Below are positions 53,801-62,761 of a stretch of DNA of 64,000 bases, piece after piece. The notes below the pieces were generated by a model. It searched no databases. It was not told the origin of the DNA and was given only the letters and a program-made list of their open reading frames with translations. Location of the stretch: positions 1,529,103-1,593,102 of the forward strand of contig OY969424.1 of the NCBI GenBank assembly GCA_963699235.1. Reading direction: 5' to 3'. A program made the translations under genes and the position numbers. Numbering within the stretch: the stretch's first letter is position 1; each line of letters begins with the position of its first letter. Origin of the DNA: an uncultured Chloroflexia bacterium. GTDB taxonomy: Bacteria; Chloroflexota; Limnocylindria; QHBO01.

Positions 53801-54794
53801 CGGGGGCCCGACCAATACGCCGCCGATCGCTAACGACCAGTCGGTGGTGGCGCTGAACAACGCGCCGCTGACCGTGACCTTGACCGCCTCCGATCCAGAT
53901 CCGGATCCCCTTACCTACCGCGTCACCGCGCTCCCGGCCCACGGACAGCTGTACGCGGGGAGCAACACCACACCCGAGGCGCTCATCGGGTCGGGCAGCC
54001 TGCCGTACACCCTGCCCGGGAACCAGGTGACCTTCCACTCGGCTCCGGGGTACATCGGTCCCGATGCCTGGTCGTTCAGCGTCAGTGATGGTCTCGCGTC
54101 GGACGGCGGTCAGATCACGCTGGATGTCCGGGCTCCACCTCCGGCGTCCGGCTGGGCCGTGGTCGGGACCGGGGCCCAGGCCACCCAGTCCGGCTCGACC
54201 GGGACGACGGTGGCGGTCCCCTACCCGACCGGCATCCAGGCCGGTGACCTGCTCCTGCTCGGCTGCCAGGGACGGCAGAACAACCAGGATTGGTCGGCGC
54301 CGGGCTTCGGCAGCCTGGCCCGCACGACGGTCGTCTCCGGCCTGCGCCACGAGGTCCTGTCGGCCTGGGCCTCGGGCCCGCTGAGTGGCAGCCTGACGGT
54401 GACGAACACGACCGGACTGAACGGGTGGTCGTGCCAGCTGACCGCGCTCCGAGGTGGGGTCGGCAGCGGGTCGCCGCTCGATGCGGCCGCGGCCAGCGGC
54501 AACGGCACGGGCAGCACGATGACCAGCCCCTCGGTGACCGCGGTGACCCCCGGCGCGCTCGCCACCCGCTGGTATGCGTCTCTCGACGACAACAGCCACG
54601 GCCTGCCCTCGACCGGCAGCCTCGCGTTCGGCGGCCTCGCCTACGACACCGATGTCGGGCTCGACCACGGCGCCTCGATGGCGTCGGTGGTCCAGTCCGC
54701 GGCCGGCCCGAGCGGGACCGCGTCAATGGCCCAGCAGGCGAACGGTCCCGATGCCTGGAGCGCGATCACGCTCGTGCTGAAACCAGGTCCGTGA
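50886..54794 (+). CDS. large secreted protein: PQQ-dependent glucose/sorbosone dehydrogenase-like beta-propeller + PKD domain + Ig-like domain + duplicated ~213-aa domain flanking a cadherin/Big-like domain
   Basis: Signal peptide MRNHLRRLALVVILIQSAQLL...AAAA. SGDH-like GFQLETVWSGL...GRVFVAER...NPFRFTFRPGT. PKD FDGSSSTDADGPL..YAWDLD.DGAFDD. Confidence 0.85.
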   Translation: MRNHLRRLALVVILIQSAQLLPFAAEPAAAAVHLPGFQLETVWSGLESPTAIAFAQNGRVFVAERSGLIKTFDTITDQTAEVAADLRAKVHDFDDRGLLGLAVDPSFPGNPYIYVAYVLDAPPGGTAPFYHDACPLSPNTHAKDGCPAPGRISRLTINPSNGHMTGTELVLLGDGFYCYQQQALALDHIEFGPDGALYASSGEGATASFTDWGQHSGDPEGVEPNACGDPPVPAGSQLSLPTTEGGALRSQDIRTSSDPGGGGGSIIRINPATGAALPDNPLIGDTTGDDRHVAYGLRNPFRFTFRPGTSEIWVGDVGLHTWEELNVVPNPTQQVRNFGWPCYEGSPKQPQWDNLNVNLCESLYQAGPTAVSNPYWSYRHDQSPDPTRCGHAGSSISAVAFASSPPYPAAYGGALFVGDYSKQCLWILPKGANGQPNPAGLQTLASGVFPVDLEDGPGGTLYYVDFGLGEVNRINYFSGNEPPVAHATATPQFGAVPLNVQFDGSSSTDADGPLPLQYAWDLDADGAFDDSTLVNPTRQYAVSQNVNVGLRVSDGMGAMGFTTIQVQPGNTPPQVVIENPTSGSAWSAGDLLAFSGTATDDQDGSLSLAMEWSVILQHCPVATDCHAHPQIERVGPTGSFDAPEHEYPAYLEFVASATDSRGATTDTTLALQPVTGDLTFLTNPLGLQLLAGAHEGSTPFTITAISGSRVSVTAPSPQTGSSGVYAFGSWSDGGAASHEVLTVPGTSTFTANYQPVVGWAVVGTGAQATQSGSTGTTVAVPYPTGIQAGDLLLLGCQGRQNNQDWSAPGFGSLARTTVVSGLRHEVLSAWASGPLSGSLTVTNTTGLNGWSCQLTALRGGVGSGSPLDAAAASGNGTGSTMTSPSVTAVTPGALATRWYASLDDNSHGLPSTGSLAFGGLAYDTDVGLDHGASMASVVQSAAGPSGTASMAQQANGPDAWSAITLVLKPGGAGGPTNTPPIANDQSVVALNNAPLTVTLTASDPDPDPLTYRVTALPAHGQLYAGSNTTPEALIGSGSLPYTLPGNQVTFHSAPGYIGPDAWSFSVSDGLASDGGQITLDVRAPPPASGWAVVGTGAQATQSGSTGTTVAVPYPTGIQAGDLLLLGCQGRQNNQDWSAPGFGSLARTTVVSGLRHEVLSAWASGPLSGSLTVTNTTGLNGWSCQLTALRGGVGSGSPLDAAAASGNGTGSTMTSPSVTAVTPGALATRWYASLDDNSHGLPSTGSLAFGGLAYDTDVGLDHGASMASVVQSAAGPSGTASMAQQANGPDAWSAITLVLKPGP
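53156..54788. repeat. two 100%-identical 640-bp direct repeats (53156..53795 and 54149..54788), spacing 993 bp, in frame
   Basis: Identical DNA read directly. Each copy encodes the same 213-aa domain (WAVVGTGAQATQSGSTGTTVAVPYP...WSAITLVLKP). Confidence 0.9.
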
Positions 54795-57700
54795 CCGGTC
54801 GCCGCCGGGCACCGCGGGCGAGAGCAGGACGAGGTGCAGGGAGAGGCTGGGGCCGCCGGTTCACGCTGGCGATCGTGATCGCGCAGGCGATGACGCTGAC
54901 TTCACCGGGACTGCCGGCGCCCGCCGCCGGGGCGGTGCACATTCCCGGCTTCCAGCTCGAGACCGTGTGGAGCGGGCTCAGCAACCCGACCGCGCTCGCG
55001 TTCGCGCCGAACGGGCGGGTCTTCGTCGCGGAGCGCTCGGGCCTGATCAAGACCTTCGCCTCCGTCACCGACACCTCATCGGAGGTGGCCGCCGACCTGC
55101 GCACGGAGGTCCACTCCGTGGCCGATCGGGGACTCCTCGGGCTGGCCGTCGACCCCGACTTCCCAGCGAACCCATACATCTACGTGTCGTACATCCGGGA
55201 CGCGCCACCGGGTGGCAATTCGCCGTTCTACGGCGATGCCTGCCCAAACTCCCCGACTACCGGCGCCAAGGACGGCTGCCCGGCCACCGGCCGGATCTCG
55301 AGGATCACGGTCAACGCCCAGGGCCACATGATCGGCTCTCCGCTGACTCTCATCGGCGACACGTTCTACTGCCACCAGCACCAGGCCCACGCCCTCGATC
55401 ACCTGGCCTTCGGCCCCGACGGCGCGCTGTATGCCAGTGCGGGGGAGGGCGGGTCGGCCACCTTCGTCGACTGGGGACAGCACAGCGGCGATCCCCTGGG
55501 CGCCGCGCCGAATGCCTGCGGCGACCCGCCGGTCCCGGCCGGGACCCCGCTCTCCCTGCCGACGACGGAGGGCGGGTCCCTCCGCTCCCAGGACATTCGA
55601 ACGCTCTCGGACCCGAGCGGCGGGAGCGGCGCGATCATTCGCATCGATCCGGCGACGGGCGACGCACTGCCGGACAACCCGCTCGTCGGAGGCAATCCCG
55701 GTGACGACCGCCACGTGGCCTACGGGTTGCGCAACCCGTTCCGCTTCACCTTCCGACCCGGCACCGATGAGATCTGGGTCGCCGACGTCGGGTGGCATAC
55801 GTGGGAGGAGCTGAATCGGATCCCCGACCCCACCCAGGCCCCTCGGAACTTCGGCTGGCCCTGCTACGAGGGATCGCCGCGACAGCCGCAGTGGGACAGC
55901 CTGAACGTCAACCTGTGCGAGACCCTGTACCAGGCCGGGCCCGGCGCGGTGACCGGCCCGTACTGGTCCTACCGCCACAACCAGTCCCCCGATCCGGCGA
56001 GCTGCGGCAGCGCGGGGTCGGCGATGTCGGCCCTGGCATTCGCGGCCGGTCCGCCTTATCCGGTCGCCTACGACGGGGCCCTCTTCGTGGGCGACTACAC
56101 CAAGCGCTGCCTGTGGGTCCTGCAGGCGGGTGCAAACGGGCTCCCCGACCCGGCCACCGTCGAGACGCTGGCCAGCGACGTCTTTCCGGTGGACCTCGAT
56201 GCGGGGCCGGGCGGGTACCTCTACATGGTGGACATTGGCCTGGGCCAGGTCGACCGGATCACGTTCTTCTCCGACAACGAGCCTCCGATCGCGCGGGCGA
56301 CGGCCACACCCCAGCTTGGCCCAACCCCACTCCAGGTCAGTTTCAACGGCTCGGCCAGCACCGATGCGGACGGCCCCTTCCCGCTGTCGTACGCCTGGGA
56401 CCTCGACGGGGATGGCGCGTTCGACGACGCCACCGCGGTGAACGCGAGCCGGACCTACACCGCGTCTTCGAATGTGACGGTCCGACTTCGGGTGACCGAT
56501 GGTTCAGGGGCCAGCGGCGTGACCACCGTGCTCGTCCAGCCCGGCAATACGCCGCCACAGGTCACCATCGTCAGCCCGAGCTCGGGGGCACGCTGGTCGG
56601 CAGGAGACCGGATCACGTTCTCCGGCACGGCGTCCGACCCGCAGGACGGATCGCTGTCGTCTGACATTGCGTGGTCGGTCGTGCTCCATCACTGCGCCGT
56701 GGTCAATGACTGCCACGAGCACCCGCAGATCGAGCGGGTCGGCGCGTCGGGTTCGTTCGACGCGCCCGAGCACGAGTACCCGGCATTCCTCGAACTCCGG
56801 GCCAGTGTGACCGACTCCCGTGGCGCGACGCGCGAGGTCACCCTGGCCCTTGAACCGGTGGTCGGGGACCTGACCTTCCTCTCCAACCCGATCGGCCTCC
56901 AGCTGCTCGCCGGTTCCCACCAGGGCGCGACACCATTCACGGTCACGGCTATCAGCGGCTCGCGGGTGTCCATCAGCGCTCCTCCCTCGCCGTCCGCGGG
57001 TGGGGAGACGTACGAGTACGACTCATGGTCCGACGGAGGTGCGCGGAACCACGAGGTCGTCACGACATCCAGTGGCCGGACCCTCACCGCTATCTACCAG
57101 GGCGATTTCACGCGGCGGGCCGGCCCGAATCGGTACGCGACCGCGGCCGCCATCTCGCAGGCAGCGTTCAACCCGGGCGTGCCGGTGGTCTACGTCGCGA
57201 ACGGCCTGACGTTCCCCGATGCCCTGGGGGCCGGACCGGCAGCGAGCCAGGGCAACGGCCCGGTCCTCCTCGTCGGCCCGTCATCGATCCCGGCCGAGAC
57301 CGCGGCCGAGCTGGACCGGCTCAACCCGCAGCAGATCGTGATCGCCGGGGGGACGGCGGTCGTGTCCTCCGCCGTCGAGCAGGCCCTCCAGCAGTACGCA
57401 CCGACGATCACGCGGCGGGCCGGCCCGAATCGGTACGCGACCGCGGCCGCCATCTCGCAGGCAGCGTTCAACCCGGGCGTGCCGGTGGTCTACGTCGCGA
57501 ACGGCCTGACGTTCCCCGATGCCCTGGGGGCTGGACCGGCAGCGAGCCAGGGCAACGGCCCGGTCCTCCTCGTCGGCCCGTCATCGATCCCGGCCGAGAC
57601 CGCGGCCGAGCTGGACCGGCTCAACCCGCAGCAGATCGTGATCGCCGGGGGGACGGCGGTCGTGTCCTCCGCCGTCGAGCAGGCCCTCCAGCAGTTCGCG

Positions 57701-58012
57701 CCGACGATCACGCGGCGGGCCGGCCCGAATCGGTACGCGACCGCGGCCGCCATCTCGCAGGCAGCGTTCAACCCGGGCGTGCCGGTGGTCTACGTCGCGA
57801 ACGGCCTGACGTTCCCCGATGCCCTGGGGGCCGGACCGGCAGCGAGCCAGGGCAACGGCCCGGTCCTCCTCGTCGGCCCGTCATCGATCCCGGCCGAGAC
57901 CGCGGCCGAGCTGGACCGGCTCAACCCGCAGCAGATCGTGATCGCCGGGGGGACGGCGGTCGTGTCCTCCGCCGTCGAGCAGGCCCTCCAGCAGTACGCG
58001 CCCGGGGGCTAG
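54791..58012 (+). CDS. paralogous secreted SGDH-like beta-propeller + PKD + Ig-like protein with three C-terminal CWB2 (cell wall binding repeat 2) modules
   Basis: About 60-70% identical to the N-terminal 830 aa of the upstream gene. Signal-like RRFTLAIVIAQAMTLTSPGLPAPAAGA. C-terminal 3x (RRAGPNRYATAAAISQAAF...VANGLTFPDALGAGPAA...PVLLV...IVIAGG). Start is inferred: a GTG overlapping the upstream TGA is the only in-frame start before the signal peptide. Confidence 0.75.
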   Translation: MTGRRRAPRARAGRGAGRGWGRRFTLAIVIAQAMTLTSPGLPAPAAGAVHIPGFQLETVWSGLSNPTALAFAPNGRVFVAERSGLIKTFASVTDTSSEVAADLRTEVHSVADRGLLGLAVDPDFPANPYIYVSYIRDAPPGGNSPFYGDACPNSPTTGAKDGCPATGRISRITVNAQGHMIGSPLTLIGDTFYCHQHQAHALDHLAFGPDGALYASAGEGGSATFVDWGQHSGDPLGAAPNACGDPPVPAGTPLSLPTTEGGSLRSQDIRTLSDPSGGSGAIIRIDPATGDALPDNPLVGGNPGDDRHVAYGLRNPFRFTFRPGTDEIWVADVGWHTWEELNRIPDPTQAPRNFGWPCYEGSPRQPQWDSLNVNLCETLYQAGPGAVTGPYWSYRHNQSPDPASCGSAGSAMSALAFAAGPPYPVAYDGALFVGDYTKRCLWVLQAGANGLPDPATVETLASDVFPVDLDAGPGGYLYMVDIGLGQVDRITFFSDNEPPIARATATPQLGPTPLQVSFNGSASTDADGPFPLSYAWDLDGDGAFDDATAVNASRTYTASSNVTVRLRVTDGSGASGVTTVLVQPGNTPPQVTIVSPSSGARWSAGDRITFSGTASDPQDGSLSSDIAWSVVLHHCAVVNDCHEHPQIERVGASGSFDAPEHEYPAFLELRASVTDSRGATREVTLALEPVVGDLTFLSNPIGLQLLAGSHQGATPFTVTAISGSRVSISAPPSPSAGGETYEYDSWSDGGARNHEVVTTSSGRTLTAIYQGDFTRRAGPNRYATAAAISQAAFNPGVPVVYVANGLTFPDALGAGPAASQGNGPVLLVGPSSIPAETAAELDRLNPQQIVIAGGTAVVSSAVEQALQQYAPTITRRAGPNRYATAAAISQAAFNPGVPVVYVANGLTFPDALGAGPAASQGNGPVLLVGPSSIPAETAAELDRLNPQQIVIAGGTAVVSSAVEQALQQFAPTITRRAGPNRYATAAAISQAAFNPGVPVVYVANGLTFPDALGAGPAASQGNGPVLLVGPSSIPAETAAELDRLNPQQIVIAGGTAVVSSAVEQALQQYAPGG
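57108..58007. repeat. three tandem ~300-bp near-identical coding repeats (CWB2 modules)
   Basis: Units start at about 57108, 57408 and 57708 and differ by only a few SNPs. Confidence 0.85.
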
Positions 58013-58019
58013 GTTCGGG

Positions 58020-58772
58020 TCAGCTCTTGCTGGCCGCTTTCGAGTCGCCCGGCTTTGCCGATCCGGCCTTCGCGGTTGACGTCGTGGACGTTGGCTGGCG
58101 TCCGGACCATCCGCTGTAGCCGGTCCAGCCGGTGGTGCTGGCGCCCTTTGGCTTCTTCTCGTTCCCCTTGGTTGCCTTGGCGGCCGCCAGCTCGACGGCC
58201 TCCTCGATCCGCTCCTCGCTCGAGCGGCGCGCCGGGACCAGCGGTCCGAGCAGGCCGCCGGCCATCCGCCTCGCGACGACCTGCTTGGCGATGATGCCCG
58301 CGGCCGTCACTGCCGCAACCTCGACCAGCGCCCAGAAGGCTCGGCTGGGCCCCGGCGGCGTCAGGGTCTCCCGGACCAGCTGATCGGCCTTCTTGCGGTT
58401 CTTGGGGTCCTCCCGCCAGGCGTGAAGGGCCAGGGCCAGCTGGGCCTTCGCCTCCGTCTTCCCATCCCCGAACCCCGGCGCCGAGTGGTCGACGAAGGCC
58501 TGGAGCGAGGCTGGCAGGGCCGCATAGGCACGCTCCCCGTCGGCGTTTGCACCGAGGGCACCGCGGATGGCGCGCACCGTCTTGTGCGGGCCGCCGAGCA
58601 GGAAGAAGACCGCGCCCGCGGCGAGGCCCACCGTCCGCACCGGGTTGCGGCCGAGGATGGCCTTGATGTCGAGGGATCGACGGGTGGCGGCTCCGAGGTC
58701 CTCGGCGGTCCCGCGAACGCGGGCGCGCTGGGCCTCGAGCTCTACCCGCGTTTCGTCCAGTGTTGCGCCCAC
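58020..58772 (-). CDS. DUF3618-like protein (N-terminal coiled coil, central TM, Lys/Ser-rich tail)
   Basis: GTG start. N-terminal ATLDETRVELEAQRARVRGTAEDL pattern typical of DUF3618. Overlaps the upstream holin-like gene by about 31 nt. Confidence 0.55.
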   Translation of the reverse strand: MGATLDETRVELEAQRARVRGTAEDLGAATRRSLDIKAILGRNPVRTVGLAAGAVFFLLGGPHKTVRAIRGALGANADGERAYAALPASLQAFVDHSAPGFGDGKTEAKAQLALALHAWREDPKNRKKADQLVRETLTPPGPSRAFWALVEVAAVTAAGIIAKQVVARRMAGGLLGPLVPARRSSEERIEEAVELAAAKATKGNEKKPKGASTTGWTGYSGWSGRQPTSTTSTAKAGSAKPGDSKAASKS

Positions 58773-59157
58773 TCGAGATCCTCCTTCGCGGCCTCAATCG
58801 TCTCTTCCGGCATCAGCTTGGCCTTCTGAACCCGGCGGTATCCGAGCCAGCCGAAGAGCGCGGCCAGCAGCAGCACGATGGTCAGCACGATCAGTGCGGT
58901 GACCCACAACGGCAGGTCGAGCGCTGCACTCAGTCCGGACACGATCAGCAGGATCAGGACCATCACCGCCACCGCGAGGAAGGTGATCGTGATCCCGAAG
59001 AAGATGAGCGCGAACTTCAGGTGGTTGAGGCCCACCTCGACTTCCTGCCGGGCCGCGGCAAAGTAGAGCTTGCCGAGGTCGGTCAGCTGCTCGAAGAGCT
59101 CGACGAGCAGGCCCCGGACGCCCGGATCGCGGCTGGAATCGGTGTTGGTCGTGGCCA
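58742..59157 (-). CDS. holin-X/phage-holin-family (superfamily III) membrane protein
   Basis: Two TM helices (LIFFGITITFLAVAVMVLILLIV; WVTALIVLTIVLLLAALFGWLGY). GTG start; the upstream part of ORF 58742..59827 is read-through. Confidence 0.6.
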
Positions 59158-59236
59158 CTGCTGCCGATTCTAGCAATGCGGCCCGAGAATCCCCGCCCTG
59201 ACCTTCCGTCCGACCTCGGCTATCCTGACCGGCCGT

Positions 59237-59878
59237 ATGTCGCGCCGCCGCACCGCCGCACCCCAGCGCCGTACCCGTGCCAGCGAGGAAGCCCTCCAGC
59301 GTCGGGTCGGCTCGTCGCCCACCCGCCTGGGCGGCACGACGCTGGCCATCGTCGGCATCGGGGCCCTCGTCATCGTCGGCCTGACAGCGATCGCCCTGTT
59401 CGCGCTGCTGTCGCCGGGCGCGGCAGCGACCGTTGGGACACCGCAGGCCATGGATGGGCGCGAGCACCTCGAGGAAGGCACGGCCGGTGGACCGTACTCG
59501 AGCACGCCGGCTGCATCGGGCCCCCACTGGCCGCAGCCGATCTCGTGGGGCGTCTACCCCACCGCGATCCCCCAGGAGCCGGCCATCCACAACCTCGAGC
59601 ACGGCGGCATCGTGATCTGGTACCAGGCCGACCAGGTGTCCGGGGCACAGGTCGAGGAGCTCGCGGAGTTCACTCGTTCGTGGAACACGACCGAGCGCTA
59701 CAAGGTGCTCGTCGCGCCCTGGTCCGGGAGCGACTTCGGCCACCCGATGGCCATCGTGGCCTGGACCTGGCTCCTCTACCTCGACGAGGTGGACACCGAA
59801 CTCATGGACAGCTTCATCAACCAGCACTACGGGGACTCGCCCGAACCTGGAGGCGGCCCCGGCCCACCCGCGCTGTAG
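59237..59878 (+). CDS. DUF3105 domain membrane-anchored protein
   Basis: N-terminal TM helix; conserved HNLEHGGIVIWY core. Confidence 0.7.
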   Translation: MSRRRTAAPQRRTRASEEALQRRVGSSPTRLGGTTLAIVGIGALVIVGLTAIALFALLSPGAAATVGTPQAMDGREHLEEGTAGGPYSSTPAASGPHWPQPISWGVYPTAIPQEPAIHNLEHGGIVIWYQADQVSGAQVEELAEFTRSWNTTERYKVLVAPWSGSDFGHPMAIVAWTWLLYLDEVDTELMDSFINQHYGDSPEPGGGPGPPAL

Positions 59879-59914
59879 TTGCGTGTGGCGTCATCGGTCG
59901 GGCATCATCGCCGT

Positions 59915-59989
59915 GGGCGCCTAGCTCAACGGCAGAGCAAGTGACTCTTAATCACTAGGTTCAGGGTTCGAATCCCTGGGCGCTCACCA
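59915..59989 (+). tRNA. tRNA-Lys (anticodon CUU)
   Basis: GGGCGCC acceptor stem, TA, GCTC D-stem, anticodon stem AGTGA / loop CTCTTAA / TCACT, T-arm CAGGG-TTCGAAT-CCCTG, GGCGCTC-A-CCA. Confidence 0.85.
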
Positions 59990-60067
59990 GGATCCATCCA
60001 CGCTGTACCGGACGGCCCGACCACGGCCCGTCTCTGTGCCTGAAACCGGTCACGTGAGGCCATCGCC

Positions 60068-61366
60068 ATGCCCCATGTTCCCATCGAGCGCGAGGAGCTC
60101 GAAAACGGTCTGCGGGTGATCCTGTCCCCGGATCGACGCACCCCCATCGTCGCCGTCAACCTCTGGTACGACGTCGGCAGCCGCAACGAGGAGCGCGGCC
60201 GAACCGGGTTCGCCCACCTCTTCGAGCACATGATGTTCCAGGGGTCGGAGAACGTCGCCAAGGGCGAGCACTTCGCGCTCATCCAGGCCGCCGGCGGGAC
60301 GCTGAACGCGTCCACCTGGACCGATCGGACGAACTACTTCGAGACCCTGCCCTCTCACGAGCTCGAGCTGGCGCTGTGGCTGGAGTCGGACCGGATGGCC
60401 AGCCTGCTTCCGGCCATGACCCAGGAGAAGCTCGACAACCAGCGCGACGTGGTGAAGAACGAGCGCCGGCTGTCGGTGGACAACCAGCCCTACGGGACCG
60501 CCGAGGAGCGAATGCAGGAGCTCCTCTGGCCGGAGGGCCATCCCTACCATCACTCGACCATCGGCTCGATGGCGGACCTGTCCGCGGCGTCGATGGAGGA
60601 CGTGAGCCGCTTCTTCGCCACCTATTACGCCCCGAACAATGCCGTCCTGACCGTTGCCGGCGACTTCGACCGCGACGCGGCCATGGCCGCCATCGAACGC
60701 CACTTCGGACCGATCCCGGCCAACCCCGCCTTGCCGGTGGCGCCGGCGGGCGACACCCCGGAGTCACTGGGCGGCGAGGTCCGGGTCGTGGTCCCGGACC
60801 AGGTGGAGCTGGCACGGATCCATCTCGCCTACCGCATCCCCCCGTTCGGAACGGTGTCCCACGAGGCATTCAACGTCCTCAGCGACCTGCTCGGGACCGG
60901 ACGCGCGTCGCGCCTCTACCGCTCCCTCGTCCGCGACCGGCAGCTGGCTGCCGACGTTGCCGCCTTCGTCTTCCCCTGGGCCCACGGCTCGACCGCCCTC
61001 GGCATCTGGGCCACCGCCCGTCCCGAGGTTTCGGTCGAAGCCCTCGAGAGCCAGCTGCTGGCCGACATCGACCAGCTTGCGACCGATGGTCCGACGGAGG
61101 AGGAGCTGGCTCGGGTCCGGACCCTCCACGCCGCCGCGGTTGAGGCCGGACTGGAGCAGATCGGTGAGCGGGCGGATCGGATCAGCCAGTACGCCTGCCT
61201 GTTCGACGACCCGGAGATGGTGAACACCGAGGCCGCGCGCTACGACGCGGTGACCGCCGCCGACATCAAGGCCGGGATGGCTGATCGTGTCGGGATCGAC
61301 AACCGGCTGGTGCTGACCTACGTCCCCGACGAAGACGAGACCGAAGACGGCGAGGAGGCCGCATGA
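60068..61366 (+). CDS. M16-family zinc peptidase (active subunit, HxxEH)
   Basis: GFAHLFEHMMFQGS inverzincin motif; NER..E downstream glutamate. Confidence 0.85.
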   Translation: MPHVPIEREELENGLRVILSPDRRTPIVAVNLWYDVGSRNEERGRTGFAHLFEHMMFQGSENVAKGEHFALIQAAGGTLNASTWTDRTNYFETLPSHELELALWLESDRMASLLPAMTQEKLDNQRDVVKNERRLSVDNQPYGTAEERMQELLWPEGHPYHHSTIGSMADLSAASMEDVSRFFATYYAPNNAVLTVAGDFDRDAAMAAIERHFGPIPANPALPVAPAGDTPESLGGEVRVVVPDQVELARIHLAYRIPPFGTVSHEAFNVLSDLLGTGRASRLYRSLVRDRQLAADVAAFVFPWAHGSTALGIWATARPEVSVEALESQLLADIDQLATDGPTEEELARVRTLHAAAVEAGLEQIGERADRISQYACLFDDPEMVNTEAARYDAVTAADIKAGMADRVGIDNRLVLTYVPDEDETEDGEEAA

Positions 61367-62748
61367 CCGCGCCGAACGCGCTGCGACCGCCGGCCACCGA
61401 GCCGCGGCCGTACCACTTCCCCGAGTTCAGCCACGAACGCCTGCCGAACAAGCTGACCGTGTGGGCCGTACCGCTCGCCGATCGGGAGCTGGTCAGCGTC
61501 CATCTCCTCATCGACGGCGGCGCCGCGGCCGAGTCGGAGGCCGAGGCGGGCATCGCCTCGCTGGCCGCCGAGACCCTGGTCACCGGCACCCGCCGCCTGG
61601 ACGGGCACGCCTTCGCGGAGGCCACCGAACGGCTGGGGATCGAGATCACGGCCGACTCGTCGTGGGACCTCGCCCGGGCCGGCTTCCTGGCGGTCGCGTC
61701 CAGCTTCCAGCCGGGCCTCGAGCTGCTGGCCGAGATGATCCACGAGCCCCGCTTCGACGAGGGCGAGTTCGACCGGCTCCGCGAGGAGCGGTTGGCGGAC
61801 ATCCTTCAGGCCCGATCCGAGCCGGGGCGGCTGGCCGATGAGTGGTTCCTCCGCCAGGTCTATCCCGATGACGTCCCTTACGGGCGCCTGGGCGCCGGCA
61901 CCCCGGAGTCGGTCGAGCCGCTGACGGTGGCACAGGCAAAGGCCCACTTCCAGCTCCACTGGCGCCCGGACCGCGCTCACCTGGTCGTGGCCGGGCCGGT
62001 TACCGCGGCCGAGGCGCGGAGTGCCGCGGAAGGGGCGTTCGGCCACTGGGACGGGGAGAGCCCCGGCCATCGGGCCATTGCGGCCTCGGATCGCGCGGGC
62101 CGCCGGATCGTCATCGTGGACCGGCCGGGATCGGTGCAGAGCGAGCTCCGCATCGGCCACGTCGGGATCGCCCGCGGTGACGCCGACTACTTCCCGGCGA
62201 TCGTCATGGCGTCACTTCTCGGCGGTACGTTCAGCAGCCGCCTGAACCAGCGGCTACGCGAGGATCTGGGCTACACCTACGGTGCGCGGGCGGCCTTCGA
62301 TCCGCGCCGATCGGCCGGTCCGTTCGCGGCCCGGGCCGCGGTCCACACCGAGGTCACCGCCGACGCGGTGCGCGAAACGTTCGCCATCCTCGAGGGCATG
62401 CAGGCCGCGCCGCCGGCCAACGACGAGCTCCACGAGGTCGTGGACTTCCTGGTCGGCATCTTCCCGCTCCGCTTCGAGACAACCGCCGGGGCGGCGGCCG
62501 GGATCGAGCCGGTCGCGGTCTACGGCCTGGACCACGACTACTGGGCCACGTACCGCGACCGGATCGAGGCCGTCGGGCCGGGCGTGGTCCACCACGCGGC
62601 GAGCAACCTGCTGCGCCCCGCCGAGGCGGTCATCGTGCTCGCCGGGGATGCGGCCGCGGTGCGTCCGGGGCTGGAGGCGCTTGACCTCGGCCCGGTCGAG
62701 GTCGTTCGTCCCGCCGACGGCGAGAACGCGGAGGAGGCCGAGGCCTAA
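61363..62748 (+). CDS. M16-family peptidase, second (probably non-catalytic) subunit
   Basis: M16 fold without an HxxEH motif. Its start overlaps the upstream gene's stop (ATGA-type). Confidence 0.8.
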   Translation: MTAPNALRPPATEPRPYHFPEFSHERLPNKLTVWAVPLADRELVSVHLLIDGGAAAESEAEAGIASLAAETLVTGTRRLDGHAFAEATERLGIEITADSSWDLARAGFLAVASSFQPGLELLAEMIHEPRFDEGEFDRLREERLADILQARSEPGRLADEWFLRQVYPDDVPYGRLGAGTPESVEPLTVAQAKAHFQLHWRPDRAHLVVAGPVTAAEARSAAEGAFGHWDGESPGHRAIAASDRAGRRIVIVDRPGSVQSELRIGHVGIARGDADYFPAIVMASLLGGTFSSRLNQRLREDLGYTYGARAAFDPRRSAGPFAARAAVHTEVTADAVRETFAILEGMQAAPPANDELHEVVDFLVGIFPLRFETTAGAAAGIEPVAVYGLDHDYWATYRDRIEAVGPGVVHHAASNLLRPAEAVIVLAGDAAAVRPGLEALDLGPVEVVRPADGENAEEAEA

Positions 62749-62761
62749 CCCCCGGCGGGGA

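Noticed and set aside
53156-54788. 640-bp identical direct repeats considered as IS or mobile-element ends
   Set aside because: The repeats are in-frame coding sequence of one gene, with no transposase or inverted terminal repeats. This is a domain duplication or an assembly artefact.
54290-54790. 5' extension of ORF 54290..58012 overlapping the end of the first giant gene
   Set aside because: Off-frame read-through of the upstream gene (Arg/Gly-rich). The real gene begins at its signal peptide near 54791-54880.
57108-58007. Regular ~300-bp tandem repeats considered as a possible CRISPR or satellite array
   Set aside because: Units are 300 bp, have no spacers, and encode in-frame CWB2 protein modules; not CRISPR.
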